Of a stretch of DNA of 64,000 nt, positions 1 to 9,077 are shown in pieces. Below the pieces are notes generated by a model that saw only the letters and a list, made by a program, of their open reading frames with translations, was not told the DNA's origin and did not search any database. Origin of the DNA: an uncultured bacterium (GTDB lineage: Bacteria > Patescibacteriota > Minisyncoccia > Phycocordibacterales > Zambryskibacteraceae); assembly GCA_963789635.1 (NCBI GenBank), contig CAWBLF010000003.1:140364-204363 (forward strand), in the 5' to 3' direction. The number at the start of each line of letters is the position of its first letter. The first letter of the stretch is position 1. Both the position numbers and the translations under genes were made by a program.

Positions 1-846
1 CGTGATGACAAGAAAGCCATCATTATCGACGGCAAAGAAGTGCTTTTTGTCAGTGAAAAAGACCCGGCAAACCTTCCTTGGAAAAGTTTGAATATAGATG
101 TTGTAGTCGAATCTACCGGTTTCTTTACCACATATCAGGGAGCAAAAGCTCATATTGACGCGGGTGCGCGCAAGGTAGTCATATCTGCTCCGGTGAAAGG
201 TGACCCTGTGCCGGGCATAGAAGGAGCTACAGTACTAATGGGAGTTAACGAAGAAAAACTTGGAACCTGCGTTATCAGTTCCAATGCTTCATGTACGACA
301 AATGCTTCGAGTCCTCTCATCGCCATCCTTGACGAATCGATTGGTATTGAAAAAGCTATTTTGAATACCGTTCACGGCTACACGGCATCACAATCACTGG
401 TTGATGGGCCATCGAAGAAAGATCGTCGTGAAGGACGCGCCGCTGCCCAAAACATCGTGCCCTCTTCCACTGGCGCGGCTATAGCCGTGACTCAAGCATT
501 TACCAAACTCAAAGGTTTGTTTGACGGAGTTTCAATGAGAGTGCCGGTCATCGCCGGTTCCATTGTTGATGTCACCTTTATTGCCAAGAGAGATACCACA
601 GCACAGGAGGTGAACGCAATACTCAAAAAAGCTTCCGGAGAAAGTCGTTGGAAAGGTGTTTTTTCCGTGACGGAAGAAGATTTGGTTTCCACAGACATTC
701 TCGGCTCGCATTTTGCTTCAATTGCCGACCTACAATTTACCCGTGTCGTAGGAGGCAATCTTGTCAAAGTTTTGGCATGGTACGACAACGAAATGGGATA
801 CACATATACACTTGTAGATCATGTGATTAAAACTGGAAGAAAATAA
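1..846 (+). CDS. gap: glyceraldehyde-3-phosphate dehydrogenase (type I), C-terminal part; 5' end lies upstream of the window
   Basis: Frame 1 is open from base 1. The translation carries the active-site motif SNASCTTN and the C-terminal motif WYDNEMGY. TAA stop at 844-846. Confidence 0.92.
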   Translation, partial: RDDKKAIIIDGKEVLFVSEKDPANLPWKSLNIDVVVESTGFFTTYQGAKAHIDAGARKVVISAPVKGDPVPGIEGATVLMGVNEEKLGTCVISSNASCTTNASSPLIAILDESIGIEKAILNTVHGYTASQSLVDGPSKKDRREGRAAAQNIVPSSTGAAIAVTQAFTKLKGLFDGVSMRVPVIAGSIVDVTFIAKRDTTAQEVNAILKKASGESRWKGVFSVTEEDLVSTDILGSHFASIADLQFTRVVGGNLVKVLAWYDNEMGYTYTLVDHVIKTGRK

Positions 847-864
847 AATAAGAAATGATAAATA
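846..864. repeat. left arm of a 19-bp perfect inverted repeat bracketing the four-helix-bundle gene (aaataagaaatgataaata)
   Basis: Exact reverse complement of 1248-1266. Begins at the last base of the gap stop codon. Confidence 0.9.
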
Positions 865-1236
865 ATGGATAACCCAAGACGAACCCATTTTAGATTCCTT
901 GATTGGTCAGTTTATAAAGACGCAAAACTTTTACATAAAAGTGTTTTAAAAGTTGTTGAAGGAATACCAAAAGAGTATAAGTACAATATTGGTGATCAAT
1001 TGCTTAAATGTAGTCTTTCAGTTGCATTGAATATTGCAGAAGGCTCTGGTAAACATTCAAATAAGGATTTGAATAGGTTTATAAACATTGCGCTCGGTTC
1101 ACTCTATGAAACCGTTGCTGCAATTGATATTTTGGAGGATATGAAGCTTGTCAAAACCAATGAACGTGAAGAAATCAGGATATTGTGCATTTCCATATCG
1201 AATCAGCTCGGCGGTTTAAAGAAAAAACTGGTATAA
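865..1236 (+). CDS. four-helix-bundle protein (23S rRNA intervening-sequence protein / S23p / Avd-like family)
   Basis: 123-aa ORF. Family hallmarks are present: NIAEGSGKHSNKD, then F..IALGSLYE. Similar in layout to the second copy at 32994-33368. Confidence 0.85.
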   Translation: MDNPRRTHFRFLDWSVYKDAKLLHKSVLKVVEGIPKEYKYNIGDQLLKCSLSVALNIAEGSGKHSNKDLNRFINIALGSLYETVAAIDILEDMKLVKTNEREEIRILCISISNQLGGLKKKLV

Positions 1237-1247
1237 TTTGAGTGCCG

Positions 1248-1266
1248 TATTTATCATTTCTTATTT
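1248..1266. repeat. right arm of the 19-bp perfect inverted repeat (tatttatcatttcttattt)
   Basis: Exact reverse complement of 846-864. Ends 16 nt upstream of the rpiB ATG. Confidence 0.9.
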
Positions 1267-1282
1267 CTCATTTACTACTACC

Positions 1283-1756
1283 ATGCGCATTTTCATAGGC
1301 ACTGACCATGCCGGTCTAGCTCAAAAGGAAAAAATAATTGAATACCTGCAAGGTGCTGGCTATGAGGTTGTAGACAAAGGGGCATTTGAATACGACGAAG
1401 GTGACGACTATCCCGATTTTGTCATTCCGGTGGCTCGTGAAGTATCACGCAACCCGGCTAACTCCAAAGGGGTAATTCTCGGCGGTTCCGGACAGGGAGA
1501 AGCAATGACCGCAAATCGTTTTCCCAATGTTCGTGCCGCACTTTTTTATGCTTCGGCAATGTCCCTCACCAGTAATGTCACCAACTTGCAACTTTCACGA
1601 GAGCACAATGATGCGAATATTCTTGCTATTGGTTCACGATTCGTGACGGATGATCAGGCCGTCGATGCAGTCCGTGAATGGCTTGACACACCGTTCTCAA
1701 ATGTTGAGCGTCACAAGAGAAGAATATTAAAAATGGATCGCTCTGCGCACGACTAG
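1283..1756 (+). CDS. rpiB: ribose-5-phosphate isomerase B (RpiB/LacA/LacB family)
   Basis: MRIFIGTDHAG start motif and GGSGQGEAMTANR. I chose the internal ATG at 1283 because the upstream part of the tracked ORF is inverted-repeat sequence. Confidence 0.85.
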   Translation: MRIFIGTDHAGLAQKEKIIEYLQGAGYEVVDKGAFEYDEGDDYPDFVIPVAREVSRNPANSKGVILGGSGQGEAMTANRFPNVRAALFYASAMSLTSNVTNLQLSREHNDANILAIGSRFVTDDQAVDAVREWLDTPFSNVERHKRRILKMDRSAHD

Positions 1757-1865
1757 TCCCATTAGAAGTCCGCCACCATGATAAAAACAAAGACAGGAGA
1801 GGCTGATGGCGAGCGTAACAAACAAAACATAATGTTTATACTTACTATTTTAGACTTCTAATAGG

Positions 1866-2600
1866 ATGATTGAAATCATTCCGGCAATTATTCCAAAAAG
1901 TTTTGAGGATTTAAACGAGCATCTGGGGCTTGTGGCAGGATTAGTGCCGCTTGTCCAAATTGATATTACGGACGGAAAGTTTACTTCCTCAAAATCTTGG
2001 CCATATATAAAAAATCCGGATCCTGACTTTGTAAAAATTATTCGTGAAGAAGAGAGTTTCCCGTATTGGGAAGAGTTGGAATTTGAGTTTCATCTTATGG
2101 TGGCAAATCCACAGGATTATGTTCAAGAATGGATTTCTGCTGGCGCACAAAGAATCATCGTCCATTATGAGTCTTTTGCCGGCACCAATGAAGCAAAAGC
2201 CTTTGCGGATAAATTTCAAAAAGAATTTGGAAAGAACGGATCCACCATAGGGACAGAACTTGGTATCGCTTTGGATATGAAGACCGATACATCTGTTTTA
2301 GATTCAATTATTGAGAAATTTGATTATGTGCAATTTATGGGTATAGACCATGATGGTGAGCAAGGTGTCGCTTTCGATGAAAAAGTTCTGGACAAAATCC
2401 GTTCACTGCGTTCTTTTTCACCAAAATTACCCATAAGTGTGGATGGCGGGGTCACCCTGGATAACGCACCTAGGCTTATTGAAGCCGGAGCCACACGTCT
2501 TGTCATCGGCTCGGCAATCTTTCAGAGTGATGATATTCCGGGAACCATCGAAGACTTTGAAAGTATTGGCAATGATACCGAGGCAGGCCTTGAGGCATAG
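1866..2600 (+). CDS. rpe: ribulose-phosphate 3-epimerase family protein (divergent)
   Basis: TIM-barrel epimerase-like pattern: DITDGKF, HLMV, VH.E, VDGGV, GSAIF. Sits in a pentose-phosphate gene context. Confidence 0.6.
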   Translation: MIEIIPAIIPKSFEDLNEHLGLVAGLVPLVQIDITDGKFTSSKSWPYIKNPDPDFVKIIREEESFPYWEELEFEFHLMVANPQDYVQEWISAGAQRIIVHYESFAGTNEAKAFADKFQKEFGKNGSTIGTELGIALDMKTDTSVLDSIIEKFDYVQFMGIDHDGEQGVAFDEKVLDKIRSLRSFSPKLPISVDGGVTLDNAPRLIEAGATRLVIGSAIFQSDDIPGTIEDFESIGNDTEAGLEA

Positions 2601-2672
2601 CCTCGGCATGGTTGTTATCGAGGCTTAGCCTTGAGAATTGAAACTAAGGCTAAGCCCTCGGTAACCATATGT
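2583..2672. repeat. CGAGG/CCTCG-core modular palindromic repeat cluster (copy region R1)
   Basis: gaggcatagcctcgg ... cgaggcttagccttgagaattgaaactaaggctaagccctcgg. The middle part is the reverse complement of the module ccttagtttcaa(a)ttctcaaggctaagcctcg seen at 26729 and 31639. Overlaps the rpe stop codon. Confidence 0.8.
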
Positions 2673-2720
2673 ATTTCATCCTAGGCAACCTTCGTTATGT
2701 TACAATAATGTCATAAATCT

Positions 2721-3590
2721 ATGGCGAATTTGGATGACTCAAAAATAAAAGAGCTCGAAGTCACCGCGAACAATATTCGTGAATCGATAATAGAAATGCT
2801 TCTCGAAGCGAAAAGCGGGCATACTGCCGGTCCCCTAGGTATGGCGGATATTTTCACATACCTTTATTTTTACGGACTGAAGCATGACCCCAAGAACCCT
2901 TTTTGGCCGGAGCGCGACAGACTGATCCTTTCCAACGGTCATATTTGTCCGGTGCTTTATGCCACTATGGCGCACGCAGGGTATTTTTCGGTGGACGAAC
3001 TGAAAACCTTGCGCAAATTTGGTACACGCCTACAAGGCCATCCGCATCGTGAATGGCTTCCTATACTCGAAACTTCTTCTGGTCCACTCGGTGAGGGATT
3101 GTCACAGGCGGTTGGTATGGCGCTTGCGGATAGGATTGACAATGGCACCTCATCGGGCAAGTTCTTTTATTGTTTGATGGGGGACGGCGAGCTTGACGAG
3201 GGCGTAAACTGGGAAGCTATGATGCTGGCCGGCAAAGAAAAAATTCATAACCTTATTGCGGTGGTGGATCGCAATAATATTCAGATTGACGGTTTTACAG
3301 AAAATATTATGCCTCTTGATTCACTCAAGGCGAAGTGGGAAGCCTTCAATTGGCACGTGGTGGAATGTTCAGGGCATGATTTTCGTGCTATAGACGAAGC
3401 TTTTGCCGAAGCGAAAGGAGTTTTTGAAAGACCGTCGGTCATCATTGCACACAATATTCCGGGCAAAGGGGTGAAAGAGTTTGAACGCAGATTTGAATGG
3501 CATGGAAAACCACCCAATAAGGAGGAAGCGGATATGGCCTTGCGTGAATTGCGCACTTTGGGCGGAAAAATAATGAGCGAGCATCAATAA
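2721..3590 (+). CDS. tkt: transketolase, N-terminal (thiamine-diphosphate binding) subunit
   Basis: 289 aa with GHP, GDGELDEG and N..IAVVDRN motifs. Followed by the C-terminal subunit gene. Confidence 0.9.
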   Translation: MANLDDSKIKELEVTANNIRESIIEMLLEAKSGHTAGPLGMADIFTYLYFYGLKHDPKNPFWPERDRLILSNGHICPVLYATMAHAGYFSVDELKTLRKFGTRLQGHPHREWLPILETSSGPLGEGLSQAVGMALADRIDNGTSSGKFFYCLMGDGELDEGVNWEAMMLAGKEKIHNLIAVVDRNNIQIDGFTENIMPLDSLKAKWEAFNWHVVECSGHDFRAIDEAFAEAKGVFERPSVIIAHNIPGKGVKEFERRFEWHGKPPNKEEADMALRELRTLGGKIMSEHQ

Positions 3591-3605
3591 TTTTCAAAAG
3601 ATAAA

Positions 3606-4613
3606 GTGTTAAATAAAGATTTAAAATTAAATACAAAGATTTTCACCGCAGATGTGGAACAAATTCCGATCCGCAAAGGTTTTGGCGAGGGTCTGGCTAT
3701 TGCGGGAGAACAAAATGTAAATGTGGTCGGACTTTGCGCTGACCTGACCGAATCTACCCAGATGTATATGTTTAAAGACAAGTTTCCTGAAAGATTTATT
3801 GAAATTGGTGTTGCAGAGCAAAATTTGGCCGGAGTGGCGAGTGGTATGGCAGCGATGGGGAAAATCCCATTCATTACATCGTACGCAATGTTTTCTCCTG
3901 GAAGAAATTGGGAACAAATCAGAACGACTATTGCCTACAACAATCGTCCCGTAAAAATTGCCGGCTCACACGCTGGCGTGTCTGTGGGTCCCGATGGAGG
4001 AACGCACCAAGCCATTGAAGATATCGCTATAACCCGTGTCATACCGCGTATGGTCGTCATTTCTCCATGTGATGCCACAGAGGCCAAGAAAGCGACAATT
4101 GCCCTCGCCAAGACAGACACACCCGTATATCTTCGTCTTGCCCGTGAGAAGACTCCGGTGATGACCACCGAAGACACCCCATTTGAAATCGGCAAGGCGC
4201 AAATTTTCTGGGATTCATCACTTGGAAGCCGAGCTTCCAAGTTGGAAGTGACTATCATTGCCACTGGCGCGTTGGTTTACAAAGCTCTTCTAGCAGCTAA
4301 AAAATTGGAAGCGGAAGGAATCGGTTCAATAGTTATAAATCTGGCAACTATCAAACCACTTGATGAAGAAACTATTTTGACTGCCGTGAAGCGTGCTTCG
4401 AGTGTGGTAACGGTAGAGGAGCATCAAATAATCGGCGGTATGGGTTCAGCGATTGCCGAGTTGCTCGCCCAAAAATTTCCAGCACCCCAAGAATTTATTG
4501 GTGTCCACGATCAATTTGGTCAATCTGGAAACATGGACGAACTTATTGAACACTATGGTCTTGATGACAAATCAATTGTTGAAGCGGTAAAAAAAGTAAT
4601 CAGTAGACAGTAG
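3606..4613 (+). CDS. tkt: transketolase, C-terminal (pyrimidine-binding plus C-terminal domain) subunit
   Basis: 335 aa with IEIGVAEQN and GPDGGTHQAIEDIA motifs. GTG start. Confidence 0.9.
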   Translation: MLNKDLKLNTKIFTADVEQIPIRKGFGEGLAIAGEQNVNVVGLCADLTESTQMYMFKDKFPERFIEIGVAEQNLAGVASGMAAMGKIPFITSYAMFSPGRNWEQIRTTIAYNNRPVKIAGSHAGVSVGPDGGTHQAIEDIAITRVIPRMVVISPCDATEAKKATIALAKTDTPVYLRLAREKTPVMTTEDTPFEIGKAQIFWDSSLGSRASKLEVTIIATGALVYKALLAAKKLEAEGIGSIVINLATIKPLDEETILTAVKRASSVVTVEEHQIIGGMGSAIAELLAQKFPAPQEFIGVHDQFGQSGNMDELIEHYGLDDKSIVEAVKKVISRQ

Positions 4614-4635
4614 CAAACAACAATGAAATCAAAAG

Positions 4636-4712
4636 GTCAGACCTTGACTTCCCGAGGCATTAGCCTTAAGAGGACTTACCAAGGCTAAGCCTCAAGGCCG
4701 AACCTTTCAATC
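4636..4712. repeat. CGAGG/CCTCG-core modular repeat cluster (R2)
   Basis: aaggtcagacctt ... cccgaggcattagccttaag aggacttaccaaggctaagcctcaagg. Shares the aggctaagcct and gaggcattagcctta modules with the other regions. Confidence 0.7.
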
Positions 4713-4721
4713 CTTAATTCC

Positions 4722-4949
4722 ATGAAACTCAAACCAGGAATTTACAAACACGCGAAGTCTGGGAATGAATACCGCGTTATCGATGTTGCAAAGCATTCCG
4801 AAACGCTTGAAGATATGGTGGTCTATGAAGCTTTATACAAAAACGAGCTGTCAAAACTTTGGGTTCGCCCACTAAGTATGTTTACCGAAGAAGTCGAAAT
4901 CGACGGCTCAAAGACTCCCCGTTTTGTTTTCCTCCGTGATTCAAACTAA
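4722..4949 (+). CDS. DUF1653-like small protein
   Basis: 75 aa. The pattern G.YKH.K.G..Y.V...A.HSET.E..VVY.ALY is typical of DUF1653. Confidence 0.65.
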   Translation: MKLKPGIYKHAKSGNEYRVIDVAKHSETLEDMVVYEALYKNELSKLWVRPLSMFTEEVEIDGSKTPRFVFLRDSN

Positions 4950-4966
4950 CTTCTAACCTCTAACTT

Positions 4967-5965
4967 CTAGCTTAGCAATTTCGGTCTATAGCTTTCCGGT
5001 GCTTCTTTCAATAGTTTTTCCAAATCGGGTCTTGTAAGGAGACCTTTTTGCGCACCGACTTGCTGGACCACGGACATTGAGTTAATCGGTCCCCATGACA
5101 GAGCTTGCGGAATACTCAAATCTAGAGCCAAGGCGACAACGAAAGTTGAAGCAAAGGCATCACCCGCTCCAGTGCGGTCATATGGAGGTTTCGGGTCGGG
5201 GTACGTAGGCATAAACCAGGTTTCCATATCATCAAATGCATAAGCACCGTTTGATCCGTCGGTAATAACAACGATTTTTGGTCCGAGCGCGGCAATCTTC
5301 GGTAGAAGCTCCACCGCTTCAATATCTTCTTCAATCCCCAGGATTCTGCGGGCCTCTTCCACGTTGCAGAAAAAAACTTCTGTGCGTTTGTAAAGTTCTG
5401 CCAGTTCCGAAAGAGGGAATCCCATCTGAAATGTCCCGGGTTGAAAAGCAAGTTTGATGTCGGGATGCTGTTTTAGATATTCCACAAGCTCTTTGTGGTA
5501 TGGGAGAGAGTTTGGGGCAAGTGAAGACAGATATACCCATTTCGGATTGCCAAAATCCGGCAACGAGTAGTTGTATTCCTGATGTTTTACCAGAATGGTG
5601 CGGTCGGCTTCGTACCAAAGCACATAGTGATAATTGGTCTCCATATTTTCATTTGTTTTGACAAACTCCGTCGATACAGAATTCCCTTTGAGTGCCTCCA
5701 GACACTCCTTGCCGTTTGTATCATCGCCGATGTTTGCCACCAAGGCCGAAGAGAGACCAAGACGGGAGGCCGATACAGCGGCGTTGGCCGAATTGCCCAC
5801 CGCTCGTATGACGTCAACCGACTCGTAAGGCACCTTGTCGCCAAAACGCAAAGAAATGAGGCACTTCTCATGGTTTATATCGCAATTGACGCTTGCGTCT
5901 TTGATGCGAATAAATGCGTCGGTAACCATGTCGCCGATAGCGACAAAATCAAAATTATTATTCAT
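4967..5965 (-). CDS. PfkB-family carbohydrate/nucleoside kinase
   Basis: 332 aa. N-terminal AIGD..TD and the C-terminal PfkB signature DRTGAGDAF. Confidence 0.8.
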   Translation of the reverse strand: MNNNFDFVAIGDMVTDAFIRIKDASVNCDINHEKCLISLRFGDKVPYESVDVIRAVGNSANAAVSASRLGLSSALVANIGDDTNGKECLEALKGNSVSTEFVKTNENMETNYHYVLWYEADRTILVKHQEYNYSLPDFGNPKWVYLSSLAPNSLPYHKELVEYLKQHPDIKLAFQPGTFQMGFPLSELAELYKRTEVFFCNVEEARRILGIEEDIEAVELLPKIAALGPKIVVITDGSNGAYAFDDMETWFMPTYPDPKPPYDRTGAGDAFASTFVVALALDLSIPQALSWGPINSMSVVQQVGAQKGLLTRPDLEKLLKEAPESYRPKLLS

Positions 5966-6014
5966 GAGATAAGTATAGCAAAAATTTTTAATGCGAGAAC
6001 TTAACTATATTGAG

Positions 6015-6032
6015 GCATTAGCCTTAAAATCT
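6015..6032. repeat. single repeat module (ttgaggcattagccttaa) in the divergent pfkB/fba spacer
   Basis: Same gaggcattagcctta module as at 4653-4670. Confidence 0.5.
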
Positions 6033-6066
6033 TTATTCACTATTCCTTATTCGGAAAATTTGGTCA

Positions 6067-6075
6067 TGGTATAAT
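6067..6075 (+). promoter_or_regulatory. extended -10 promoter element (TGgTATAAT) of fba; the transcript is probably leaderless
   Basis: TATAAT at 6070-6075 lies 6 nt upstream of the ATG at 6082. No Shine-Dalgarno sequence in between. Confidence 0.5.
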
Positions 6076-6081
6076 TGCTGT

Positions 6082-6951
6082 ATGAAAACACTCAGAGAAT
6101 ACGTAACCGAAGCTGAAGGAAATAAGGTAGCCATAGGTCATTTCAATATCTCAAACATAGAAGGATTCTGGGCAATAGTACGCGCTGCCAAAGCCCTTTC
6201 TCTGCCGGTCATCATCGGGGTTTCTGAAGGCGAGCGCGATTTTATCGGCGTCAAACAAGTGCGGGCTTTGGTCACAGCCACAAAAAAAGAGCTAGATATG
6301 CCCATATTTCTCAACGCCGATCACACCTATTCTTTTGAAAGGGTAAAAGAAGCAGTGGATGCCGGTTTTGATTCGGTTATTTTTGACGGAGCCAAACTTA
6401 GTCTCGAAGAAAACATAGCGCAAACCAGGGAATGTGTGGAATATGCCAAGTCTCAAAATCCGGATATTCTCGTGGAAGGAGAGCTGGGTTATATCGGCCA
6501 ATCATCCAAACTTCTTGATGCGATTCCGGAGGGTGTGAATTTAAATCCGAGCGCTCTCACATCTCCGGAGCACGCAAAAGAGTTTGTAGACGCCACCGGT
6601 ATCGATATGTTGGCTCCTGCTGTCGGCAATTTTCACGGAATGTTGAAGGTGGGCAACGATCCTCGTCTGGACATTCCACTAGTCAAAGCTATTCGCGATG
6701 CGGTGGGTATTCCGCTCGTGCTTCACGGAGGTTCGGGAAATGTCGCAGAGGATTTCACCGACTCCATAAAGGCGGGGATTGCTATTGTGCACATCAATAC
6801 CGAGATTCGTGTGGCATACAGAGATGCTTTACGACTTGAACTTCAAGAAAACCCGGATGAAGTGGCTCCTTACAAAATAATGAAGCCTTCAGTTTTGGCC
6901 ATGCAAAAAGTGGTAGAGGGAAAATTAAAATTGTTTAACAATATCGCATGA
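6082..6951 (+). CDS. fba: class II fructose-1,6-bisphosphate aldolase
   Basis: 289 aa with GHFN, LNADHT and LVLHGGSG motifs. The TGA stop overlaps the next ATG (ATGA). Confidence 0.9.
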   Translation: MKTLREYVTEAEGNKVAIGHFNISNIEGFWAIVRAAKALSLPVIIGVSEGERDFIGVKQVRALVTATKKELDMPIFLNADHTYSFERVKEAVDAGFDSVIFDGAKLSLEENIAQTRECVEYAKSQNPDILVEGELGYIGQSSKLLDAIPEGVNLNPSALTSPEHAKEFVDATGIDMLAPAVGNFHGMLKVGNDPRLDIPLVKAIRDAVGIPLVLHGGSGNVAEDFTDSIKAGIAIVHINTEIRVAYRDALRLELQENPDEVAPYKIMKPSVLAMQKVVEGKLKLFNNIA

Positions 6952-7268
6952 TTATTTGGCCTTTTTTCATCGCGCTACTCATAGCATTTGAGCTTGTCGC
7001 AGATTTTTTTGCAAAGGAGTACTCACTAAGTGGTGGTTCCATTTTTTGGTTGGCGGCAATTGCCAGTTATATTATCGCCAATATTTTTTGGCTCACAGCG
7101 ATGAAAGACGGTTCAGGCTTAATTCGTGGAGCAAATATTTTTTCAGTGGGTAGTGCAATTATGGCGACACTTCTTGGATATTATTTTTTCCAAGAGAAAA
7201 TATCAAACTTACAGTTCGTTGGTGTTGTTATGGGTATTTTTGCACTCATTTTAATTTTTTCAAAATAA
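6948..7268 (+). CDS. small multi-pass membrane protein, SMR/DMT-like (EamA or ArnE/F-like)
   Basis: 106 aa with about four hydrophobic helices. Start codon overlaps the fba stop. Confidence 0.5.
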   Translation: MIIWPFFIALLIAFELVADFFAKEYSLSGGSIFWLAAIASYIIANIFWLTAMKDGSGLIRGANIFSVGSAIMATLLGYYFFQEKISNLQFVGVVMGIFALILIFSK

Positions 7269-7271
7269 ATT

Positions 7272-8945
7272 ATGTACGAAGATCTAAAATCAAAAATTTC
7301 CGGGGAACTAATGACCGATGATGCCACACTGGCCAAATACAGTCACGACGCCAGTCTGCTCGAAGTCAGGCCCAAAGCGGTAGTCCATCCCAAAGACGCA
7401 AGTGACATCAAAGCTGTAGTCAAATATGTCGCGGAACACAAGCAGTCTGACCCATCGATTTCTGTAACGGCGCGAGCGGCTGGAAGTTGTATGGCCGGGG
7501 GATCGTTAAATGAATCAATCATTCTTGATATTACTACTCATATGCAGGGAATCTTGGGTTTTGAAGGAGAATCGGCTCGTATATTGCCGGGAACTTTTTA
7601 CCGTGATTTTGAAAAAGAAACACTTGCCCGCAATCTTTTATTACCTTGCTTTACCGCTTCCAAAAATCTCAATACATTGGGAGGAATGATCGGCAACAAT
7701 AGCGCCGGTGAAAAAACATTGCGATATGGCAAAACGGAAGATTATTTGATGGAAACAAAGACGGTTTTTGCCGATGGCAATGAATACATGGTCAAACCAC
7801 TTTCAAAGGGTGAGCTTGAAGCCAAAATCACTCAAGGTGATTACGAAGGAAATATTTACAAAGGAATTTGGGAATTAATTGATAAAAACAAAGATGTGAT
7901 AATGGCAGGCAAGCCTAACGTCTCAAAAAACTCAGCAGGTTATTATATTTGGAATGTCGTAGCTTCTGACGAAGAAAGAAGCGGAGATCCTGAGCAAGGC
8001 GAAGGACGGGAAAAATTCTTTGATCTCAACAAGTTGATTGTGGGTTCTCAAGGCACACTAGGCATAGTGACCGAGGCAAAACTAGGTCTAGTGCCGGTAA
8101 AAAACGAAACAAAACTATTTGTCATATTCCTGCCATCGCTTGATAGGGTCAGCGAAGTGGTAAACAAAGTTCTCCCTCTGGATCCGGAAACCATCGAGTC
8201 ATACGACGATGCCACTATGAAGCTCGCCGTAAAGTTTTTCCCGGAAATGGTAAAGACAATGAAGGCCAGCTTTCTCAAAATGATGTGGGAATTTATTCCC
8301 GAGGCGGAGATGATTGTAACCGGAGGAATTCCAAAACTTATTTTACTAGTGGAATTTACTGAAACTTCTATGTCGGAAGTGGATAGAAAAATCGCCGATC
8401 TTTCTGAAAGAGTAAAACATTTTGGTTTCAAGACGCACATAGTGGAATCAAAAGACGAAGCTGAAAAATATTGGGCAATTCGTCGTGAAAGTTTCAATTT
8501 ATTACGAAACCACGTTCATGGTCGTCGTACTGCACCGTTTGTAGACGATGTCATAGTCAAACCGGAGTTTATGCCGGAGTTTTTGCCTAAGATGAGGGCT
8601 ATTTTGGACAGCTACAAACTGACCTATACTATTGCCGGTCATGCCGGAAATGGTAATTTCCACATTATTCCACTTATGGACATGCACGATGCCCACAATG
8701 TAGATGTCATTATGGAGGTGGGGGAGAAGGTATACGATCTAATTGCGCAGTATCACGGTTCTATCACCGCTGAGCACAACGACGGTATTGTCCGCACTCC
8801 ATACCTGCACAAAATGTATAGTCCACAAATTTTGGATATTTTTAAGCAAATCAAAAATATTTTCGATCCCGATAATATTTTTAACCCTGGCAAAAAAGTA
8901 AACGGGTCATTGGAATATTTTAAAAGTCATATAGCTAGAGAGTAG
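7272..8945 (+). CDS. FAD-binding oxidoreductase (GlcD / D-lactate dehydrogenase-like)
   Basis: 557 aa. The N-terminal FAD-binding PCMH-type pattern and the C-terminal HAGNGNFH and AEHNDG motifs are typical of FAD-linked oxidases. Confidence 0.75.
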   Translation: MYEDLKSKISGELMTDDATLAKYSHDASLLEVRPKAVVHPKDASDIKAVVKYVAEHKQSDPSISVTARAAGSCMAGGSLNESIILDITTHMQGILGFEGESARILPGTFYRDFEKETLARNLLLPCFTASKNLNTLGGMIGNNSAGEKTLRYGKTEDYLMETKTVFADGNEYMVKPLSKGELEAKITQGDYEGNIYKGIWELIDKNKDVIMAGKPNVSKNSAGYYIWNVVASDEERSGDPEQGEGREKFFDLNKLIVGSQGTLGIVTEAKLGLVPVKNETKLFVIFLPSLDRVSEVVNKVLPLDPETIESYDDATMKLAVKFFPEMVKTMKASFLKMMWEFIPEAEMIVTGGIPKLILLVEFTETSMSEVDRKIADLSERVKHFGFKTHIVESKDEAEKYWAIRRESFNLLRNHVHGRRTAPFVDDVIVKPEFMPEFLPKMRAILDSYKLTYTIAGHAGNGNFHIIPLMDMHDAHNVDVIMEVGEKVYDLIAQYHGSITAEHNDGIVRTPYLHKMYSPQILDIFKQIKNIFDPDNIFNPGKKVNGSLEYFKSHIARE

Positions 8946-9042
8946 GAAGCTAGTCGGTACAGATACGTTGTTTTGCCTATACATCGAGGGCATTAGACTG
9001 TTACTTTAATTTGATAAAAAGACCACTTTGTCAATATCTGGC

Positions 9043-9070
9043 TTGCTTTTTTTAACAAACCTCATATAAT
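9043..9070 (+). promoter_or_regulatory. sigma-70-like promoter of rplY (TTGCTT - 16 nt - TATAAT)
   Basis: The -10 box at 9065-9070 overlaps the first ATG (9069) and lies 7 nt upstream of the ATG at 9078. This suggests a leaderless mRNA starting at 9078. Confidence 0.5.
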
Positions 9071-9077
9071 GGCGCCT

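Noticed and set aside
2721-4613. The two transketolase ORFs as a frameshifted single gene
   Set aside because: Each ORF has its own start and stop, and the split falls at the domain boundary. Two-subunit transketolases are a well-known natural arrangement.
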